Source: Eledone cirrhosa (lineage: Eukaryota). Taken from it: a stretch of 64,000 bases of DNA. The notes beneath the pieces are model-generated. The model did no database searches, was not told the DNA's origin, and saw only the letters and a program-made list of their open reading frames with translations. The first letter of the stretch is position 1, and every line of letters starts with the position of its first letter. Below are positions 13,527 to 25,275 of the stretch, piece by piece. The stretch covers positions 190,774,001-190,838,000 of the forward strand of contig OZ024740.1 of NCBI GenBank assembly GCA_964016885.1, in the 5' to 3' direction. The translations under genes were made by a program, and so were the position numbers.

Positions 13527-15623
13527 ATGGCTACGAAAAAGCATTTGCATAGGTCATTCCCACTCATTCCGTCTCCTTTTTCCTCAATCGTCACTACAGC
13601 AGAGAGAAGATTGTCTCTCTCCCTCCCTTCTTTAAATGTGTCTCTCTCCCTCCCTTCTCTTTCGCAAGCGACGAAAGAAAAGAAAGGTCTCGTGCAAAGC
13701 GTGCAAGGTTTCTCCACGACGACGACGACAGCGACGAAACAGGTGTGCGGGAAATACGAAAACCCAGTTCATTCGTCTGACGTCAGGAATAATAGCAGTA
13801 GCAGCCGTAATAACAACAGCAACAGTGACAATGAAAACAAAAGTAGCAGCCGCAACAGCATCACCAGCAGCATAAACAACAACAGCATTAACAGCAGCAA
13901 CACCAACAACAACCACAGCAACAGCGGCGGAGGCAGTAGTCGTAGTGCCTGCAGCAACAACAAAAGTAACAGCAGCTCTGACGACAACAACAACAACAGC
14001 AGCAAAGAAAAACCAATCTCATTTGCAGGTATTGCGAAAAACTTGGAAACAATCCTCATAACAAATGAGGAATTAGAGGAAGCGAAGAAGATGGTGACAA
14101 AGACTGGACACCGAGCAATCTGCAAGGCAGCGGAAACATTTTTCGAAACCCAACAGCACTGTACGGTCACGTACCGTACAGTAAGTACAACATTCCGTAG
14201 GGTGGAAAGAGCCACAGAAGCTCAAATACAAAAAGCCTTTGGGTCTGTGTGGCAGCGGAAAACGCACATCACCCGAGGCAAAAAATATGCCACCGTAGAC
14301 GTACTTTTTTCCACACCCCAGGAGGCAAAGGCCCAATCCGTAGTGACCCTAATGAGCGAGGAAATGGTGTTGGTGCCCTCCTACTGCGGGCAAAAAATTG
14401 TGAGGGTCAAACTGACCCACGTCCCCCCCGGAATGACCCCTTCTTGGCTGGCCGCGTCTGTCCTCGTCGGAATCGAGGACAAAACAACTGTACTGCAAGT
14501 ACAGAAAAAAGTAAGAGAAGATTGGGTCGGCACCTCCATTGAGATGCTAATCCAAACCAACCAGGAGTGCATCGAAGCTATCCCGGATGTGATAGACTTC
14601 GATAACGGCACTCAACTGCCCATAAGTGTTGAGGGAAAACGCCCGAAATGCTTTCGCTGTGGATCAAAGACTCACCTCAGGGCCTTCTGCAACGAGAAGA
14701 CCCTGAGAAAGGAGAAAACCCCCTCCTTCCGAAACCGGCTCCACGGCTACCAGCAACAGGGCAAGCGGCAACCAGGAACGATAGGTCCGTGGCACCCATA
14801 CCCACGGCACGGAAATCAAAAACAGCAGCAGCAGTGGAAATATTAACACCAACAACAGCAATAAAAAATGCAGCTGCAACAGAGACTCCTGTGCAAACAT
14901 CACCAACAACAACAAGTGAAGGAGTGGAGCTGGTACCCCTCCCCAACCTCACAGAATCAGACATGGAGTGTGAGGTGGGAGAGAGATGGCAAAAGGTCGT
15001 AGAAAGGCACAAACGCACAAGCAGCGCATCGTCGCCTTTGAAAAGGGAGGAAAGAAATGAGAAAAGGGTAAAGTCTACTGCAAAGAGACTCACAGCAGCA
15101 TCACCACCAACACCATCACCACCCACACTAGCACCACCATCACCACCGGCGACAACCCCACCGCCAACACCTTCAACACCACCACCACAAGCACCAACAT
15201 CGCAAACACAACAACAAAACACACACCCAGCAACAACGACAAGAAAATAGCAGAAACACACCCCACCCCTAGAAAAACAAATGCACGGCAATAAATACAC
15301 ACAACAAGAAACTAATGACTTACATAATTGAACACACAGACATTTCACAACACGACTACATAATACCAGCACCAATCAAAACGACAACTAACATAAGACT
15401 GCTAAAAATAGCACAGAAACAATACACAACCATTAAAACGAAATTCCCCAACGCAGTTGGTGATTTCAGGGACCTAGGAGGAACTATCAATCGAAGAGTA
15501 TATTCAGACATTCTCTTAGAAGAGCCGACGACCAGCCGAAGGGACAATTCAAAGGTCCCTTCACCAGACGATCAAGTGGAAAGGGATGTAAAAACCATCC
15601 CTCCTCTACGAAAAGTACGGTAA
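13527..15623 (+). pseudogene. T2 ORF1 (gag-like nucleic-acid-binding protein, CCHC zinc knuckle)
   Basis: Poly-N/S N-terminus, SFA motif, CFRCGSKTHLRAFC, P/T-rich tail; frameshift near 14710 and stop at 15250. Confidence 0.85.
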
Positions 15624-15658
15624 GTGGTCTTTCCCATCTTTTCCACTCTATTTTAAAC

Positions 15659-16966
15659 ATGACCTCACTCAGAATAGGCAGCATAAATGCGCGTGGCTTG
15701 GGGTCGTCATGGAAGCAGGGTCACCTGCTCAACGACCTCAGGTCACTAAACATAGATGTAGTGGCCATCAGCGAGACCAGAATCTCTGAAGCACGGGCCT
15801 TCGCACCGATCTTCGGCAGCTACGATGTGTACGCATCTCCCAGCCGTCCTGGATCGGGGGGAGGAGTTGCTGTGCTTTTTCGGAGAGGTTTGGATCTCGC
15901 CATACGGGCCATCTTCCTGGACCCAGAGGGTAAGCTGGTGGTGCTGGACGTGACCAGCGGAGACGGGCAAGCTTTCAGGCTAGTGGCCGTCTATGCCCCG
16001 ACAGTAGCAGGGCGGCCTGATTTCTTCCGGCGTCTGGAGACCTTTCTTGGAACGTCCCGCTATTTAGTGTTAGTGGGCGACTGGAACGGGATCTTAGATG
16101 CACGCTGGGACTGTGTGGGATTAGCGGATAGTGGTGGAGGGTGCAAGAGCCTCACCAACCTGCTCAGGCGTTTTGAACTGTCTGACAGGTACCGATTGGA
16201 TTTCCCGAATGCGCCAATGTGGACTTGGACAAATCGCATAGGGTCATCCAGATCATATCTAGATAGAGTATTTTGGAGGGAAATAGATAGGTCTAGCATA
16301 GGCTGTCCACAATTCAAGATAGTCAGCTACACGGACCAGAAATTCGTGATCTGTGTGCTTGACTTAGATAGGCACAATAGACAAGGACCAGGCTACTGGA
16401 AGCTAAATGCGTCCTTACCAGCGCGCAAGGCCTACAGAGACCAGATTAGCGAACTAGTTAAGCGGGCGTTGACGGGGGCCATCGTCAACAACAAGTGGTG
16501 GTTTGCTCTGAAAAGAGCGATTAGAATAGAATCCATTAGGTTTAGTAAGGCTTTAGCAATAGAGAAAAATAGAGCAGAGGGAGAACTAGTTAGAACATTA
16601 GACGAGGCGCTTAGCAAATGCATTGCGACCGACGTGCTTGCGGCGAAATTGGCCCTTGACCAATTCTTCAATGCAAAACACGAAGGCTGCGTTGTCAGAG
16701 CAAGGGTGCGTGCTCTCAGACACGAGGGGACGAAAGCCGTTCAATGGGCCCGAGTGGCGGAGGCGCGTCGTGGAAACAAAGCCACGATCCGGTCTTTGGT
16801 GGACCACGACGGGCACCGGCTACTCAATACCGGGCAAATGTGTGAAGCTTTTCAGCGACACTTCCTTCAGCTGTTCGGGGGCAGCGGTGAGCCGGGTCGA
16901 GGTATGAACTTTAGTGTCTACCTCGACGGACTGCCGCGGCTCTCGGCCACTGAGGCGAAGTGTTAG
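15659..16966 (+). CDS. T2 ORF2 N-terminal part: APE-type endonuclease plus linker (435 aa, ends at a premature stop)
   Basis: SINARGL, AISETR, VYAP, GDWNG, SYLDR, YTDQK (SDH position), GYWKLN motifs. Confidence 0.85.
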   Translation: MTSLRIGSINARGLGSSWKQGHLLNDLRSLNIDVVAISETRISEARAFAPIFGSYDVYASPSRPGSGGGVAVLFRRGLDLAIRAIFLDPEGKLVVLDVTSGDGQAFRLVAVYAPTVAGRPDFFRRLETFLGTSRYLVLVGDWNGILDARWDCVGLADSGGGCKSLTNLLRRFELSDRYRLDFPNAPMWTWTNRIGSSRSYLDRVFWREIDRSSIGCPQFKIVSYTDQKFVICVLDLDRHNRQGPGYWKLNASLPARKAYRDQISELVKRALTGAIVNNKWWFALKRAIRIESIRFSKALAIEKNRAEGELVRTLDEALSKCIATDVLAAKLALDQFFNAKHEGCVVRARVRALRHEGTKAVQWARVAEARRGNKATIRSLVDHDGHRLLNTGQMCEAFQRHFLQLFGGSGEPGRGMNFSVYLDGLPRLSATEAKC

Positions 16967-17558
16967 GTGAGCCGATAACAGCCGCTGAAGTAAGGGAGGC
17001 AATGACTGGCTGCACAAGGGGTAAATCGCCTGGTTTGGATGGTCTGCCCTATGAACTTTACGTACAGATGCCAGACTTGTTCGGAGGCCTCTGGTGGCCA
17101 TGGCGAAAGAGATAGTATGGTGGACACGTTTGAAATGGCTGAAGACGAGCACTTACCTCTTCCGTGATGCTCTGATTGACTTTTTCAAATTTCATTTGAA
17201 AAGGAAAATCAGAGTAGAGAGAGAATTGCTCTCTTTCCAGCATTTTGTTGAAAGATGGGTGAGAGAAGCAAGAATGGCCCGAGTGAATGGGCCTTCTCTG
17301 AGTATGTGTCTGTAATTTAAAGGTGGAAAACTGGGAGAGGGCACTTGCCCTGGTGGTCAGGGCCACTGTGGTCTTTTAATGGGCTTTCTCCACAAATGTC
17401 CCTGGGAAGTCTCCCCCCTATTGGGGAATTTTTCTTTGTTATTTTATTTCAACCTCTGTTTTTTTTACACGCAGAAATGCCCTTTTGTACCGTCCTGTAT
17501 TGTCCTGTACTGTCCTTAATGTCTACTTTATGTAAACCCTTGTGGTTAATAAAGAAAA

Positions 17559-17608
<50 letters not shown>

Positions 17609-17609
<1 letters not shown>

Positions 17610-20600
17610 TCTTTGAGTCTCAGTCATTGATGTCAGTTAACTGGAAAGTTTGTAGAAATGAATATCAAGCCACTACCTACAGCTTCAGATATACAGGACG
17701 TATCGGAGGGTTCTTGCTGTTCCCAGCAAACATGCCTTTTGAAATGTTCCAAAAAGCGGGGCGGGGCCAATTGTCTTTAACCATCCCTTGAAACCTTTTG
17801 AGATAGTGCCTAATGCGCCTATGACAATCGGGACCACTTTGACTTCAAGGCAGTTCCAAATCCTTTTTACCTCCCAATTTAAGTCCTGGTATCGGTTAAT
17901 TTTCTCCCTCTCCTTCTCTTGCACTCTCGTGTCGAATGGGCAGGCCACATCCACAATCCAGCACGATCATTTTTCCTTGTCCAAAACCACCAGGTCAGGT
18001 ATATTGTGTTCCAGTTTCTTGTCCGTCTGTGTCCTAAAATCTCACAGCCCCTTCAACTGATCGTTTTCTATCACCGACTCTGGCTTCTGCTCATACCACT
18101 TCTCAGAATGTGGTAAATTGTTTACTTTGCATAGGTGTCAGTGGATCACCCTGCCCATGACATTATGTCTCCAGCCTTTATAGTGGGTCAGGGCTAGGTG
18201 TTTACACTCGGATACAATGTGAGCCACAGATCCTGCACAGTGGGCTAGCCTCCTCCTTGTATAATATGATGTTCCAGCCACTTCGTTTTGACGACCTGCT
18301 CTTGCGCAGCCATTGACATTCCTTCTGTAGCCTTTTTAAGGTCTCCTCTTTTCAACCAGTTCCATATCTGTGGATCTCTGAATTCAGTTTTCTCAAAGAA
18401 GGTCATATGAAGGGATTTTTCACGAAGGCTGCTCTTTCTCCTTGTTGTTATTTCCTCCTTGGATATCCCCTGGTCTATTGTCCTCTCCTTCAGTACAATT
18501 CTGAGCATTGGCCCCTTACTATCAGTCACGTATTTGTGTATGTTGTGTTTCGCCATCTGAACACAGTCCTCTATGTGTTAAGACCTATTCCACCTTCAGA
18601 TCTCCTTAAGTAGAGTCTATGGACATCACTCCACTTGTGGAACATGTTGTAGATAGTCAATAGCTTCCTAGTCTTCCTATCCATTTCTTTTTGTTCAGCA
18701 ACATTCCATCTCAGAATTCCATCACTGTACGTAATAATAGACACAGCTCGGGAATTTACTGCACTTATGGCATTGCTTCTGTTCAGATGTGACTTTAATA
18801 CGCTCCTTACTCTCCGAAAATATTCAGATCTTATCAATTCCTTCATTTTTTGGTTCTTGATGTCATCAGCCTCTAGATTACCCAAATACTTCTATCCTTC
18901 TTCAGTGACAATTTCCTTTATCTTCTCACCTGTTGGTACCTGGTTTCCGTTGCTTCTGCTCAATTTACTCCACTTCATCACAAGGACTCCACACTTACTT
19001 ATACCAAATTGCATACATATATCATTGGTGAAAATACGGACAGTGTCAACAAGCACATCCAACTCCTTCTCACTCTTCCCGAAGAGCTTAAGATCGTCCA
19101 TGAAGAGGAGGTGATTGATGGTAATCTCCCACTTTCCCAACTTGTATCCTGCTCTCACTTTTCGCAGTATAATGGTCAAAGGCATCAGGGCAAAGACAAA
19201 GAACAGAGGGGACAGACTATCTCCATGGAAGACACCTCTCGTGATCTTCACGCCTCCCAAGGATTCTCCAGCTGATGTTAACACTGTTTTCAAGGACTTC
19301 ATACTTTTGCTCAACAACTGTCTGATTTTATCTGCCACCTTGAAGATCTCTAGGGTTTTGGGGATCCAAAAATGAGGCAACATGTCAAATGCCTTGTGGT
19401 AGTCTATCCATCCGATGACAAGACCAATGTGTCTCCTCTTGCAATTCCTCATTACCGTCTTATCAATAAGTAACTGGTCCTTTGTACCGCGGGACTTCTT
19501 TCGGCATCCTTTCTGTTCGTCCGGTAACAAGTTGTTTGTGTGGAGTGAGGTAGATTGCCTCAGACACAATGCTTGTCAATAGTTTCCACATTACGGACAG
19601 ACATGTGATAGGTCTATAGTTGGTAACATCATTACCCTTGATTCGGTCTTTCATTACCAGAACTGTGGTACCTTTTGTCAACCACTCTGGTACCTCACCT
19701 GACATCAAGCATTCATTGAACATGGTTGTCAGTTTCGGGTGGAGTGATGTTATATTTTTAATCCAATACCCCTGCACACTATCTGGGCCTGGTGATTTCC
19801 AGTTGGTTAGATTGTTGGCCTGCCCCGTAAGATTTTCATATATGATACTCAAATCAGTTTGTTGGTGTGCCTGTTCACTAATCTCCGTTTGTACTGTCTC
19901 AATCCACACTGCCTAATCATTATGCTTAACATCCTGCTCCCATATTCCACTCCAGAATGTCTTAGTTTGTTCCACATCAGGGATAAAGTTGTTGCCTCTT
20001 TCTTTCCCTTGAAGCTGTCCAAATAGCATCTTCTGGTTGTTGTCAAACATGCGGTTCTGTCTATACTGACTGACTATGCACTCGTATCGCCTAATTTTTG
20101 CACTCTTTGCTAAAATGCGTTGATTCAGTTCCTCTATGACAATATTAGATTTTTCCTCCTAGTTTTGTACTTTATTTCCAGTCTATTTTCAGTGTTTATG
20201 TTTTTTAGTGTCCCATTCAGTAGGGACTCAAGCTTTCCAATGTCATTTCTCATTTCCCTGATTAGACCATTCAGTCGTTTCTGCCACGAAGGCTCTGATC
20301 TGTCTTGTTTGTTGTTTCCTCTCGCTTTTATACCAAGTAATTTCCTCACCACATTTGCTGTTGCTTGGAGGATATTGTTGCACTGGTGAAGGCTCCTCGC
20401 CTCAAGGTATGGGATGATTGTTTCTTTTAACTTTTTCCTGTCTACAAATCTTAGGTTCATAGATTTCCCACTATCATTGTTCAATTCATCTACCACTAAG
20501 TTTAGGATATCAACCAAATCTTGTCGTAGCCCGTCAGTATTCATCTCCTCAATGGCCGTATCTTTGTTCCAGGTATTATTTATTTCAGCATTCAGATCGT

Positions 20601-21724
20601 TGTCTGCTTCGGATGGTTCCTCCGTTCTCTCAACCTCTTCACCTTCATTTCCCACTGGCTCGTTTGCCTGGCATACTCCACTCTCCATTTCCAACTTAAT
20701 CTCTCTGCTCAGTTCCTCCAGTTCCAGCTCGCTTATCCAGCCATTAGTTCTTATTACCCGAGCCTGCCCGGCCAATTTTTCTTCATCTAATTTAAATAGA
20801 CCAATGTCGTTCCAGATGTTATGCATCCGTTTCCTATAGCCTTTCTCCTTGGGGTTACTCTTCAGGTAACATTGCATAACAGTTCTATTCAATTATTTCG
20901 TCCAGTTTGTTCTGGTCCCTTTCTTTCTTCTTCTTCCTCCGACACCAGCAGTATTTGGTTGGCAGCCAGGTCCCTACTGCTGAGCCAGGGAGCACATGCT
21001 GGGTGAGAGTCTGTCACATGACATTCTAGTCTCCACTTCACCGTTATTCGAACTGTTTAGGTTCGACATTTAAACACTCTTATCGAGGATTGGTGAATGT
21101 ATGGTTACATAACCACCGGTGATTTCATCACTCCCGGTGATTTTTGTGTGGCACTATCACGCTGTAGACGAACATAAATAAACAAACAAACAAATAGGTG
21201 AAAAAAAAACAAAAAAAGAATAAGCATAAGTTTCATTGTAATGTAATGTTTGAATGTCTGACTTAGTTTTTCCCTTCCCTTCTCTGTCTGTCTGTTTGTT
21301 TTTCTTTTCATTTTTCTTTTCTTTACGTTTTTCTTTGTTGCTGTGCTGCTTTGATTTTTTTTTGTTTTTTTGATTTTTGACCGGGTTATCAAATCAGTCT
21401 ATTTATATCTTTTGATGCCTTCCTCTTTTAGTGGGGACACTACGATACATGTCTTAGCAGGAGGTAGTGGGAGAGAATAGCGGCGGTAGCGATAATGAGG
21501 CAGCTGTGGTGGTGATGTGATTGTAGTACTGTAGTGATGGTATTGAAGTTGAAGAAGAAATAGAAGTTGAGGAAACTTGACTAGAGTTTTTAGCGTGGTA
21601 GTGGTGGTGGTGTTTGTGGTGAAATTATTTTTCTGTCTGTCCACTTAGCCATTTAGCTATTTAGCTATTTAGCCATTTTGCCATTTGTTCTCTTTTTCGA
21701 CTATAACATTTCATTTCTGATCCA
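17609..21724 (-). mobile_element. R4/Dong-like REL non-LTR retrotransposon copy R1, subfamily A, near full length and degenerate
   Basis: Single disrupted ORF (~21069 to 17685) with KSPGPD, YRPITCL, EQKG, LFMDD and REL DVACPFD...KINRYQDL; (TAA)n tail on its sense strand; ~650-bp 5' UTR (boundary approximate). Confidence 0.9.
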
Positions 21725-21738
21725 ATTATTATAATTAA

Positions 21739-21772
<34 letters not shown>

Positions 21773-24700
21773 GTTGGTCATTGATGTTGGTTAACTGGAA
21801 AGTCCGTTGGATTGAATATCAAGCCACTACCTGCAGCCTCAGATATTCAGGACGTATCGGAGGGTTCTTGCTGTTCCAAGCAAGCATGCCTTTTGAAGCG
21901 TTCCAAAAAGCGTGAAGGGGCCGATTTTCTTTAACCATCCCTGGAAACTTTTGGAGATAGTCCCCAGTGCGCCTATGACAATCGGGATCACTTTGACTTC
22001 ATGGCAGTTCCAAATCATTTTCACCTCCCACTTTAGGTCCTGGTATCGGTTAATTTTCTCCCTCTCCTTCTCTTGCACTCTCGTGTCGAACGGGCAGGCC
22101 ACATCCACAATCAGACACGATGTTTTTTCTTTGTCCACAACCACCAGGTCAGGTCTATTGTGTTCCAGTTTTTTGTCCGTCTGTATCCTAAAATCCCACA
22201 GCATCTTAACCTGATTGTTCTCCATCACCGCCTCTGGCCTATGCTCATACCATTTCTCAGAATGTGGTAAATTGTTTACTTTGCACAGGTGCCAGTGGAT
22301 CACCCTGCCCATCAAATCGTGTCTCCAGCCCTTATAGTGGGTCTGGGCTAGGTGTTTACACTCGGACACAATGTGAGCCACAGTCTCCTCTCTCTCTCCA
22401 CATATTCTGCACAGTGGGCTAGCCTCCTCCTTGTAAATATGGTGCTTCAACCACTTCGTTTTGAGGGCCTGCTCCTGCGCAGCCATTAACATTCCTTCTC
22501 TAGCCTTTTTGAGGTCTCCTCTTCTCAACCAGTTCCATGTCTGTGGATCTCTAAATTCAGTTTTCTCAAAGAAGGTACTATGAAGGGATTTTCCCTTAAG
22601 GCTGCTCTTCCTCCTTGATGTTATTTCCTCCTTGGACATCCCCTGGCCTACTGTCCCCTCCTTCAGTACAGTTCTGAGCATTGGCTCCTTACTATAGGTC
22701 ACGTATTTGTATAGGTTGTTTTTCTCCATCTGAACACAGTCCTCTATGCTGATAAGACCTCTTCCACCCTCAGATCTCCTTAGGTAGAGTCTATCGACAT
22801 CACTCCTCTTGTGGAACATGTTGTAGATAGTCAATAGCTTCCTAGTCTTCCTATCCATTTCTTTTTGTTCAGCAACATTCCATCTCAGAATTCCCGCACT
22901 GTACCTAATAATAGACACAGCTCGGGAATTTACTGCGCTTATGGCATTTCTGCTGTTCAGATGTGACTTCAATACGCTCCTTACTCTCCGAATGTATTCA
23001 GTTCTTAACAATTCCTTCATTTTTTTGTTCTTTATGCCATCAGCCTCCAGAACGCCCAAATACTTATATCCTTCCTCAGAGTCAATTTCCTTTATCATCT
23101 CACCTGTTGGTATCTGGATCCCGTTACTTCTGCTCAACCTACCCCTCCTCATCACAATGACTCCACATTTACCAATACCAAACTGCATACATATATCACT
23201 GCTGAAAATACGGACAGTGTCAACAGGCACATCCAACTCCTTCTCACTTTTCCCGAAGAGCTTAAGATCGTCCATGAAGAGGAGGTGATTGATGGTAAGC
23301 TCTCCCCTTCCCAACTTGTATCCTGCTCTCACTTTTCGCAGCATAATGGTCAAGGGCATCAGGGCAAGGACAAACAACAGAGGGGGCAGGCTATCTCCTT
23401 GGAAGATACCTCTCTTGATCTTCACGCTTCCCAAGGATACTCCAGTTGATGTCAACTCTGTCTCCCAGGACCCCATACTCCTGCCTAGCAACTGTCTGAT
23501 GTTATCTGCCACCCTGAAGATCTCCAGGCTTTTGGTGATCCAAGAATGAGGCACCATGTCAAATGCCTTTCTGTAGTCTATCCATCCCATGGCAAGATCA
23601 GTGTGTCTCCTGCAATTCCCCATTACCATCTTATCAATAAGTAAATGGTCCTTTGTACCACGTGACTTCTTTCGGCATCCTTTCTGTTCGTCCGGTAACA
23701 AGTTGTTTGTGTGGAGGTGATGGTAGATTTCCTCAGACACAATGCTCGACAACAGTTTCCACATTACGGACAGACATGTGATAGGTCTATAGTTGGTAAC
23801 ATCATTACCCTTGATTCGGTCTTTCATTATCAGAACTGTGGTACCTTTTGTCAACCACTCTGGCACCTCACCCGACCTCAAGCAGTCATTGAACATGGCC
23901 GTCAGCTTCGGGTGGAGGGATGTTAAATGTTTAATCCAATACCCCTGCACACCATCTGGGCCTGGTGATTTCCAGTTGGTTAGTTTTTTGGCCTGCCCCT
24001 TAAGAGTTTCAACTGTGATACTCAAATCAGTTTGTTGTTGTGCCTGCTCACCGATCTCCCTCTGTACTGTCTCAATCCACCCTGCCTGGACATTATGTCT
24101 AACATCCTGCTCCCATATTCCTCTCCAGAATGTTTTAGTTTGCTCCGCCCCAGGGATCAAGTCGTTGCCTCTTTCTTTCCCCTCAAGCTGTTGTTGTCGA
24201 ACATGCGGTTCTGTTTATACTGACTGACTCTGTTCTCGTATCGCCTGATTTTTGCATTCTTTGCTACAATGCGTTGCTTCAGTTCCTCTATGATAGTATT
24301 TAGCTTTTTCCTTCTAGTTTTGTATTTTATTTCCAGTCTATTTTTTAGTGCCTATGTTTTTTAGTGTCCCATTCAGTAGTGACTCAAGCTTTCCTATGTC
24401 ATTTCTCATTTCCCCGATTTGCCCACTCAGTCGCTTCTTCCACCACGGCTCTGCTCTTTCTTGTCTGTTGTTTCCTCTCGCTTTTATACCAAGTAGTTTC
24501 CTCACCGTATTTGCTGTTGCTTTGAGGATATTGTTGCACTGGTGAAGGCTCCTCGCCTCAAGGTATGGGATGACTTTGTTTACCTTAGCTGTTGTTTCTT
24601 TTAACTTTTTCCTGTCTACAAATCTTAGGTTCATAGGTCTCCCACTATCATTGTTCAATTCATCTACCACTAAATTTAGGATGTCAACCGAATCTTGTCC

Positions 24701-25035
24701 TAGCCCGTCAGCATTCATCTCCTCAGTGGCCGTATCTCTGTTCCAGGTATTATTTATCTCAGTATTCAGATCATTGTCTGCTTCGGGTGGTTCCTCCGTT
24801 CTCAGGACCTCTTCACCTTCATTTCCCACTGGCTCGCTTGTCTGGCATACTACACCCGCCATCTCTGCTCAGTTCCTCCAGTTCCAGCTCGCTTATCCAC
24901 CCATTAGTTCTTATTACCCGAGCCTGCCCGGCCAATTTTTGTTCATCTAATTTAAATAAACCAATCTCGTTCCAGATGTTATGCATCCGTCTCCTGTAGC
25001 CTCTCTCCTTGGGGTTACTTTTCAGGTAACATTGC
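21773..25035 (-). mobile_element. R4/Dong-like copy R2, subfamily A, 5'-truncated
   Basis: Colinear with R1; 3' end abuts (ATT)n at 21726-21772. Confidence 0.92.
21839..24160 (-). CDS. Reverse transcriptase-CCHC zinc finger-REL endonuclease (773 aa open)
   Basis: [61 protein letters not shown]; the upstream N-terminal region is frameshifted. Confidence 0.92.
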   Translation of the reverse strand: MIPGAEQTKTFWRGIWEQDVRHNVQAGWIETVQREIGEQAQQQTDLSITVETLKGQAKKLTNWKSPGPDGVQGYWIKHLTSLHPKLTAMFNDCLRSGEVPEWLTKGTTVLIMKDRIKGNDVTNYRPITCLSVMWKLLSSIVSEEIYHHLHTNNLLPDEQKGCRKKSRGTKDHLLIDKMVMGNCRRHTDLAMGWIDYRKAFDMVPHSWITKSLEIFRVADNIRQLLGRSMGSWETELTSTGVSLGSVKIKRGIFQGDSLPPLLFVLALMPLTIMLRKVRAGYKLGRGELTINHLLFMDDLKLFGKSEKELDVPVDTVRIFSSDICMQFGIGKCGVIVMRRGRLSRSNGIQIPTGEMIKEIDSEEGYKYLGVLEADGIKNKKMKELLRTEYIRRVRSVLKSHLNSRNAISAVNSRAVSIIRYSAGILRWNVAEQKEMDRKTRKLLTIYNMFHKRSDVDRLYLRRSEGGRGLISIEDCVQMEKNNLYKYVTYSKEPMLRTVLKEGTVGQGMSKEEITSRRKSSLKGKSLHSTFFEKTEFRDPQTWNWLRRGDLKKAREGMLMAAQEQALKTKWLKHHIYKEEASPLCRICGEREETVAHIVSECKHLAQTHYKGWRHDLMGRVIHWHLCKVNNLPHSEKWYEHRPEAVMENNQVKMLWDFRIQTDKKLEHNRPDLVVVDKEKTSCLIVDVACPFDTRVQEKEREKINRYQDLKWEVKMIWNCHEVKVIPIVIGALGTISKSFQGWLKKIGPFTLFGTLQKACLLGTARTLRYVLNI

Positions 25036-25047
25036 ATTATTTCAGGT

Positions 25048-25228
25048 TGGATTGGCAGTATTGGTAGAGTGTCGGATGCCATGCTTTGACGCATAGAGTT
25101 ACGGCCCTTGCCATTCTGAGTTCAAATCCCGCCGAGGTTAACTTTGCCTTTCATCCTTACGGGGTCGATAAAATAAAGTACCAGTAATACACTGGGTCAT
25201 TGCTGGCCTTGTGCCTAACGTAGAAACA
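25048..25228 (+). mobile_element. tRNA-derived SINE (Nin/Deu-like domain), full length
   Basis: B-box gagttcaaatcc; ctttcatcc...ggtcgataaaataaagtaccag domain; 12-bp TSD attatttcaggt at 25036-25047 and 25229-25240. Confidence 0.92.
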
Positions 25229-25275
25229 ATTATTTCAGGTAACGTTCCATTATTATTATTATTATTATTATTATT

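Larger units (their letters stand above)
13311..17559 (+). mobile_element. Tx1-group LINE copy T2, subfamily B, intact 5' end, RT domain internally deleted
   Basis: Starts at G after (ATT)n; ORF1 plus EN; jumps at ~17092 to the ORF2 C-terminus; AATAAA at 17548 then (ATT)n. Confidence 0.92.

Noticed and set aside
25048-25228. tRNA genes (also 51973)
   Set aside because: A/B boxes only, no cloverleaf; followed by SINE body, so these are SINE heads
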